From Psychroserpens sp. (GTDB lineage: Bacteria; Bacteroidota; Bacteroidia; Flavobacteriales; Flavobacteriaceae), in the NCBI RefSeq assembly GCF_036960315.1, contig NZ_JBALVR010000005.1, positions 137,182 to 201,181 of the forward strand: DNA of 64,000 nt, written 5' to 3'. Positions 57,875-64,000 of this stretch are shown piece after piece; positions within the stretch are counted from its first letter, which is position 1, and each line of letters begins with the position of its first letter. A model generated the notes under the pieces. The model was not told where the DNA came from. It was given only the letters and a program-made list of their open reading frames with translations, and ran no database searches. The position numbers were made by a program, and so were the translations under genes.

Positions 57875-58990
57875 ATGAAATACGTATATCTATTCATATT
57901 CGGAATATTACTTTTCAATTGTAAAAACGAATCGAAAAGCACTTCCGATGTAGCGGAATCTACAGAGACAGAAACTGTCGAAACAGCCAAAGATTCATTA
58001 ATCTACCCCGAAGAAAAATACTTTAAATCTATTCGTCAAGTGACGTTTGGTGGTGATAATGCCGAAGCGTATTGGAGTTTTGATGATAAGCAATTAGTAT
58101 TTCAGTCTAATAACAAAGCATGGAATGTAGGATGTGATCAAATGTTTTTGATGAATGCTAACCAAACATTTACGGACAGTATTGCGCCACCCATGATTAG
58201 CACAGGAAAAGGCCGCACAACTTGCGCCTACTTTTTACCAGACAACAAACACATTATTTACGCATCTACGCATTTAAAACAAGATGAATGTCCTGACACA
58301 CCTTTGCGTAAAAACGGGAAATATATCTGGCCGATCTACGATAGCTATGATATTTTTGTAGCTGATTTAGAAGGCAATATCGTAAAACAATTGACAAATG
58401 AAATTGGGTATGATGCAGAGCCTACAGTATCTCCAAAAGGTGATAAGATTGTATTTACCTCAACGAGAAGTGGTGATTTAGAATTGTATACCATGAATAT
58501 TGATGGAAGTGATGTTAAGCAAATTACTAGCGAATTAGGTTATGATGGAGGCGCTTTCTTTTCGCCTGACGGAACAAAATTAATTTTCCGTTCATCACGT
58601 CCAAAAACTGAAGAGGAGATCAAAGAATACAAAGATTTACTAGCTGAGGGTTTAGTTGAACCTACCGAAATGGAGCTTTACATCTGTAATGCAGATGGAA
58701 GTGATTTACGTCAGCTAACCGATTTAGGAAATGCGAATTGGAGTCCGTTTTTTCATCCTTCTGGAGAGAAAATATTGTTCTCATCCAACTTTGAAGCTGA
58801 ACGTGGATTTCCATTCAACTTATACTTAATTGATCTTGATGGGAGAAATCTTGAGCGTGTTACGCATGGCGAAACCTTTGATGCGTTTCCTGTGTTTTCT
58901 AGTGACGGGAAACATTTAGCGTTTTCTTCTAATAGAAATAATGGAGGTGGTCGAGATACGAATTTGTTTATTGCAGAATGGAAAGATTGA
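57875..58990 (+). CDS. TolB-like protein with PD40 repeats (lipoprotein)
   Basis: Repeats AEPTVSPKGDKIVFTS, GAFFSPDGTKLIF, FPVFSSDGKHLAFSS. Confidence 0.88.
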   Translation: MKYVYLFIFGILLFNCKNESKSTSDVAESTETETVETAKDSLIYPEEKYFKSIRQVTFGGDNAEAYWSFDDKQLVFQSNNKAWNVGCDQMFLMNANQTFTDSIAPPMISTGKGRTTCAYFLPDNKHIIYASTHLKQDECPDTPLRKNGKYIWPIYDSYDIFVADLEGNIVKQLTNEIGYDAEPTVSPKGDKIVFTSTRSGDLELYTMNIDGSDVKQITSELGYDGGAFFSPDGTKLIFRSSRPKTEEEIKEYKDLLAEGLVEPTEMELYICNADGSDLRQLTDLGNANWSPFFHPSGEKILFSSNFEAERGFPFNLYLIDLDGRNLERVTHGETFDAFPVFSSDGKHLAFSSNRNNGGGRDTNLFIAEWKD

Positions 58991-59048
58991 TATTCTGAAA
59001 TAAATCTATTGAGATACGAATTTGTTTATTGCTGAGTGGCAAGACTAA
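58953..59048 (+). repeat. 38-bp direct repeat duplicating the 3' end of the TolB-like gene
   Basis: 58953-58990 vs 59011-59048, 33/38 identical, 20-bp spacer. Confidence 0.85.
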
Positions 59049-61459
59049 TTTCTGCCCTTATTTAATCGATCGCGCTCTTCTAATTCCCTAGTACGTTGGT
59101 TAGTGCTGAGCTTAGTGTTTCCAAATTTATAACGGAACCCAAGTCTTATATAACGATAATCTACATTAATAAATTGGGTGTTAAATTGATTCTGATATTG
59201 AGTTGACACATCAAAATTATTCATGTTGAACAAATCACTTACAGAAAGCGAAATAGTGCCTTTTTTATTGAATACCGTTTTTGAAATGCTCAACTCGCTA
59301 AACAATCTATCTTCGATTGTTTGAAATGCCTGAAGGTTTTTGCTATTCCATATTAAAGATAAACTCGCATTCAGACTGTCATCCTTCAATAAAGAGAGAC
59401 TGCTAAAAAATTCAGAATAATTTGACCATTGATTTTGGCTAACAAACCCAACACCTAAATTAGTTTCTTCTTCTCTGTTATAAAAAGAGGTTACAAAATA
59501 GGTATTCCAGTCGTCAGTCACATCATAATCTATTACAAAATCAAAACCATACTCAATGGTTTTGTCAAAATTCACAGATATATATTCTATAATATTAGTG
59601 TCATTATTTTGTCTAGGGATTTCAGAAATGGCACCATCGAAATTGTCATAATATGCCTGAATAGTTACTAAGCCATCAAATAGCGAGACTCCAATATCGT
59701 AATGATTCTTAAATGTTGGAACCAAATTAGGGTTCCCAACAATCACATAATTTTCATTTATAAAAAAGCGAAACGGATTTAAATTAGCATATCCAGGCCT
59801 TACAATAATTCGCTTATAGTTTGTATAAATATTGTAACTATCAGAAATATTATATTGAAAACTTAAGTTTGGGAACAACTCTAAATAGTCTTGTTGGTTT
59901 GTTATTTCAGACAATGGTGAGCGACCTTCAAGGTCTGTTTGCTCAACTCTTAAACCAACATTAAGGTTATATTTTTCTGAACTTGTTGCATAATTGATAT
60001 ATCCCGCATAAATATGCTCGTCATAATCAAAAGCATCTGAATTTTGCATGTCTACAGTCTCAATTCCTGAGTTAATATCTATGTCAAACTGTGTGATGTC
60101 ACTTTCGGTTTTAATATTGGAAAACTTAACACCTGTTTCAAAACTTGAGTTCTCAGTTAATGGAAGGCTATAATCTATTTTTGCTGCTAAAATTTCTGTG
60201 TCTTGGTTGGCATTTGTATTAAATGCCGAAGTGTTTTGAAAACCATTATTCTGATCAAAGAAATTACTCACAACCCCTTGGTTTCTTTGGTAGTTGTAAG
60301 TTGTAAAATGTGTATTAAAGGTCAGTTGTCCTTCAGTAAAATCGTGGCTAAAGTCTAAATCAAAACCCAAATTATATTTATTCTGTCTCGATAAATTGTC
60401 TGCAGTAAACCCCGATAAAAAATCACCATTGTCATCAGTAATCAAAGTGTTATTAGCTATACGCTGCATATAATAAGGCACGTACAGTAAATTCGTCGAC
60501 AAGCTTAAGGCATTGTTATCATTGATAAAATAATCAAAGTTGGCATTGAGACTATGCGTCTCAGACCTTGTGTTTCGGTTGGTGAACGAACGCCAGCTTT
60601 GCTCAAGGACATTAGCATTGTCTAAATAATTTACAGTATCATCTCCGTCTCTATTGATTTTGTTTTTAGAAAAGCCATAATTTACATTAAAGCTAATGGC
60701 CTCGTTCTTAAAAAAATGGCTGGTCTCAGCTTTATATCTTGGAAAAACGGCTTGTGTGTAATTTGTAGAAATACTTCCTCTGTAACCTGTAATGAGGTTT
60801 TTACTCATTACAATATTTATTACAACACCACTGTCAGCATCATATCTAGCAGAAGGGTTAGTAATCACCTCAATAGATTTAACAGCATTTGCCGAAGAAC
60901 CTTCAAGCAACTGATTTAAATCATCTGAAGACAAGTGAACTTTTCGGTTATTTATATAAACGGTAGGCGTAGAGTTTTTAACAGAAATGTCATCACCTAT
61001 AACGAGTACGCCAGGAGTGTTTTTTAACACCTGAAGCATACTACCTTCAACTAAAGCCGTATTTTCTATATTGAAAATGAGTCGGTCGGCTTCACGTTTC
61101 AATGTTGGTTTCTTAACTGTGATATTGACTTCGTCTAGGCTTTCAATTTCTTCACTAAGCGTAATGGTTTTTAAATCCAAATGCCCAGTAAGCACAATTT
61201 TTTGCCTGTACTCTTGATAGCCTATAAAACGGACCTTAAGAATGTAAATATTAGGTTCAAGATTGCTTAGAATAAAATACCCGTTATTATCTGTAGAAGA
61301 CCCTTTTAAAATCACGCTTTCGTCTTCACTTAGTAGAATAACGTTCGCAAATTCTATGGGCTTATTAGAGTCAATTACAGTTCCAGATACAGATGAGTTC
61401 TGCCCGTAGCTCAAATAAGCACATGCAAAGAAAACAACGATGCGGAGTAGGAATTTCAA
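59045..61459 (-). CDS. Outer-membrane beta-barrel / TonB-dependent receptor-like protein
   Basis: TTG start, carboxypeptidase-regulatory-like domain, IEVITNPSARYDA, GNPNLVP, RLGFRYKFG. Confidence 0.88.
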   Translation of the reverse strand: MKFLLRIVVFFACAYLSYGQNSSVSGTVIDSNKPIEFANVILLSEDESVILKGSSTDNNGYFILSNLEPNIYILKVRFIGYQEYRQKIVLTGHLDLKTITLSEEIESLDEVNITVKKPTLKREADRLIFNIENTALVEGSMLQVLKNTPGVLVIGDDISVKNSTPTVYINNRKVHLSSDDLNQLLEGSSANAVKSIEVITNPSARYDADSGVVINIVMSKNLITGYRGSISTNYTQAVFPRYKAETSHFFKNEAISFNVNYGFSKNKINRDGDDTVNYLDNANVLEQSWRSFTNRNTRSETHSLNANFDYFINDNNALSLSTNLLYVPYYMQRIANNTLITDDNGDFLSGFTADNLSRQNKYNLGFDLDFSHDFTEGQLTFNTHFTTYNYQRNQGVVSNFFDQNNGFQNTSAFNTNANQDTEILAAKIDYSLPLTENSSFETGVKFSNIKTESDITQFDIDINSGIETVDMQNSDAFDYDEHIYAGYINYATSSEKYNLNVGLRVEQTDLEGRSPLSEITNQQDYLELFPNLSFQYNISDSYNIYTNYKRIIVRPGYANLNPFRFFINENYVIVGNPNLVPTFKNHYDIGVSLFDGLVTIQAYYDNFDGAISEIPRQNNDTNIIEYISVNFDKTIEYGFDFVIDYDVTDDWNTYFVTSFYNREEETNLGVGFVSQNQWSNYSEFFSSLSLLKDDSLNASLSLIWNSKNLQAFQTIEDRLFSELSISKTVFNKKGTISLSVSDLFNMNNFDVSTQYQNQFNTQFINVDYRYIRLGFRYKFGNTKLSTNQRTRELEERDRLNKGRN

Positions 61460-61613
61460 TATTAGCTAGGTTTAGAATGCAATATAGCATTTGTTTTTAA
61501 ATCATATTTACGGTTTTTCCACACATTTTGTGTGTTTTATGGTTCTTTATGTGATTTTATGCATAATAATTCAATTATATTTGCAAATCTTTATTGAGAC
61601 GAATTAAGTTGTT

Positions 61614-63410
61614 ATGAAGCACATTAGAAATTTTTGCATTATTGCGCATATTGACCACGGAAAGAGCACGCTTGCCGATCGTTTACTCGACTTTACCGGC
61701 ACTGTTACTGATCGTGAAAAACAAGACCAACTCTTAGATAGTATGGACTTGGAGCGCGAACGAGGTATTACCATCAAATCGCATGCGATCCAAATGGAAT
61801 ATACTTTTGAAGGTCAAGAATATGTACTTAATCTTATAGACACTCCTGGTCACGTGGATTTCTCATATGAAGTCTCTCGGTCTATTGCTGCATGTGAAGG
61901 TGCTTTATTGATTGTTGATGCGGCTCAAAGTATTCAAGCACAAACCATTTCTAATTTATACCTCGCCTTAGAGAACGATTTAGAAATCATTCCGGTTCTT
62001 AATAAAATTGATTTACCAAGTGCAAACCCTGAAGAAGTAACCGATGATATCGTTGACCTTTTGGGTTGTGATCCTGAAGAAGTGATTCATGCCAGTGGAA
62101 AAACAGGCTTTGGAGTTGAGAATATTCTTGAAGCAATAATTAAACGAGTTCCTGCCCCAAAAGGCGATCTTAATGCGCCATTACAAGCGTTGATTTTTGA
62201 TTCGGTCTACAATACGTTTAGAGGTATTGAAACCTATTTCAGAGTGTTTAATGGTGAAATTAAAAAAGGACAAAAAATTAAATTCGTCGCTACAGATAAA
62301 GAGTATTTTGCAGATGAAGTTGGCACATTAAAGCTGACTCAAGTTGCGAAAAAAAGTGTAAAAGCAGGTGATGTTGGGTACTTAATTACAGGAATTAAAA
62401 CTGCTAAAGAAGTAAAAGTTGGAGATACCATTACCGATTTTGCAAACCCAACAACAAATATTGTTGAAGGTTTTGAAGATGTAAAACCTATGGTTTTTGC
62501 TGGAATTTACCCTGTAGACACGGAAGATTACGAAGAACTTCGTAACTCTATGGAAAAGCTACAACTAAACGACGCCTCTTTAGTGTTTCAACCTGAAAGC
62601 TCAGCCGCTTTAGGATTTGGTTTCCGTTGTGGATTCCTCGGAATGCTTCACATGGAAATTATACAAGAACGACTAGAACGTGAGTTTGATATGACTGTGA
62701 TAACAACAGTCCCTAACGTATCGTACCATGCCTACACCAATAAAAATCCAGACGTAGCTTTTATTGTAAACAATCCGTCAGATTTACCAGAACCAACAAC
62801 AATCAATCGTGTTGAAGAACCTTATATAAAAGCAACCATTATTACCAAATCAGATTTTGTTGGTAATGTCATGTCACTTTGTATTGAGAAGCGTGGTATT
62901 GTTTTAAACCAAACTTATTTAACACCAGAACGTGTTGAATTAACTTTTGAAATGCCTCTAGCTGAAATCGTCTTCGATTTTTACGATCGTCTAAAGACAG
63001 TCTCAAAAGGCTATGCCTCGTTTGATTATTCGCCTATCGGAATGAGAGCCTCAAAACTAGTGCGTTTAGATATTTTATTAAATGCACAAACTGTTGATGC
63101 GCTTTCTGCTCTAATTCATGCAGATAATGCTCAGAATATTGGTAAGAAAATGTGCGAAAAACTAAAAGAACTTATCCCAAGGCAACAGTTTGATATTCCT
63201 ATTCAAGCTGCTATTGGAGCAAAAATTATTTCTCGTGAAACCATTAAAGCCTTACGTAAAGATGTAACCGCTAAATGTTATGGTGGTGATATTTCGCGTA
63301 AACGTAAACTTTTAGAAAAGCAGAAAAAAGGTAAAAAACGTATGCGTCAAGTAGGTAATGTAGAAATCCCTCAACAAGCGTTTATGGCCGTTTTAAAACT
63401 GAACGATTAG
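61614..63410 (+). CDS. lepA: Translation elongation factor 4
   Basis: [52 protein letters not shown]. Confidence 0.98.
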   Translation: MKHIRNFCIIAHIDHGKSTLADRLLDFTGTVTDREKQDQLLDSMDLERERGITIKSHAIQMEYTFEGQEYVLNLIDTPGHVDFSYEVSRSIAACEGALLIVDAAQSIQAQTISNLYLALENDLEIIPVLNKIDLPSANPEEVTDDIVDLLGCDPEEVIHASGKTGFGVENILEAIIKRVPAPKGDLNAPLQALIFDSVYNTFRGIETYFRVFNGEIKKGQKIKFVATDKEYFADEVGTLKLTQVAKKSVKAGDVGYLITGIKTAKEVKVGDTITDFANPTTNIVEGFEDVKPMVFAGIYPVDTEDYEELRNSMEKLQLNDASLVFQPESSAALGFGFRCGFLGMLHMEIIQERLEREFDMTVITTVPNVSYHAYTNKNPDVAFIVNNPSDLPEPTTINRVEEPYIKATIITKSDFVGNVMSLCIEKRGIVLNQTYLTPERVELTFEMPLAEIVFDFYDRLKTVSKGYASFDYSPIGMRASKLVRLDILLNAQTVDALSALIHADNAQNIGKKMCEKLKELIPRQQFDIPIQAAIGAKIISRETIKALRKDVTAKCYGGDISRKRKLLEKQKKGKKRMRQVGNVEIPQQAFMAVLKLND

Positions 63411-63434
63411 TCACAGAATAACTTTTTATATTAT

Positions 63435-63463
63435 AAACCGAAGTATTTCACTTCGGTTTTTTT
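63435..63463 (+). terminator. Rho-independent terminator after lepA
   Basis: AAACCGAAGT-ATTTC-ACTTCGGTTT plus T tract. Confidence 0.8.
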
Positions 63464-63584
63464 GTACATTTATATCAACCAACCTTAATATATAAATGCA
63501 TTTTAGAGTTGCTTTTCTAAAATCAATACCTTGAGTTGGTCTTGATCAAAGGGAAGTTTTAACTTAGGTTAAAGCCTCTTTTTT

Positions 63585-64000
63585 TTAAACACTTTCAACA
63601 TCAAACGGTTTCCCTAAGTAAACTAGTTTCCAGTGCTCTCCAATGTTATTCACCTCTTTATTATTGGAAGAAATAATAGTCAGTTCATCATTATTATCTT
63701 TTAAAAATAACGGGATGATATCTTTATCCTTATTAGTGATTTCGATGAGTGTGTCATAATGAGACTTGTCTGTAAGTTCTATTTCATTAATCGCTGGAAA
63801 CTTCCGTGTGACTTCAGATAAATTAAGATAATCGTCTGTTTGAGAAAACAGCCCTACTTTAGGATTGTTTTGATTGTCATTCATTTCATCAGGACTTACT
63901 AATCTAAACGATCCGTTCTCACCAAATTGCTTAGTAAACTTATTTATAGCATATTTATTAATATCACTATTTCCTGTCATTGCCATTAGATAACCAACAT
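63585..64000 (-). CDS. C-terminal part of a gene entering from the right, probably a cation:proton antiporter
   Basis: Frame stays open past ATG 63986 to the window end (VGYLMAMTGNSDIN...); assignment is from recalled similarity to flavobacterial NhaP-type C-termini. Confidence 0.5.
   Translation of the reverse strand, partial: VGYLMAMTGNSDINKYAINKFTKQFGENGSFRLVSPDEMNDNQNNPKVGLFSQTDDYLNLSEVTRKFPAINEIELTDKSHYDTLIEITNKDKDIIPLFLKDNNDELTIISSNNKEVNNIGEHWKLVYLGKPFDVESV

Noticed and set aside
2245-60919. Numerous 60-120 aa ORFs in the track that lie antisense to, or out of frame within, long genes (e.g. 2245..2499, 11650..12006, 13303..13638, 15150..15512, 19853..20179, 26675..27025, 53430..53762)
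   Set aside because: Fully overlap well-supported genes, have no recognisable motifs, and are expected shadow ORFs.
1-64000. Search for integrase, transposase, relaxase, phage, rRNA, riboswitch or defence genes
   Set aside because: No ORF shows tyrosine/serine recombinase, DDE, phage or defence motifs, and no rRNA or riboswitch pattern was recognised. Only cis-acting sites support mobility.

Overview
AT-rich Flavobacteriaceae (Bacteroidota) DNA. About 52.8-64 kb is conserved housekeeping sequence: tRNA with CAU anticodon (probably Ile2), mce, rbfA, LolC/E-type permease, dusB, M28 peptidase, TolB-like protein, OM beta-barrel, lepA and a partial antiporter. About 1-52.8 kb is an accessory region lying downstream of the tRNA. 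It has no integrase or transposase ORF, yet it is divided by a repeated ~150-bp element that begins with the tRNA 3' end (GTGGTCCCACTTG) and carries fixed-spacing GGAGT/AAAGGTTTGAGCAT motifs (copies at ~16.9, 29.9 and 32.7 kb, fragment at 11.6 kb). These copies separate functionally coherent modules: a Crp/Fnr regulon with four palindromic operators, a GNAT/two-component/ABC-efflux/hydrolase block, an AraC-PepSY-DinB block, and a 20-kb beta-glucan (laminarin-type) PUL (susC/D, GH5, GH16, GH30, sugar porter). A second repeat family of attC-like imperfect palindromes flanks a GNAT gene like an integron cassette. A scar of a past integration remains at the 3' end of the TolB-like gene. Product calls come from motif recognition by eye, with no database searches.
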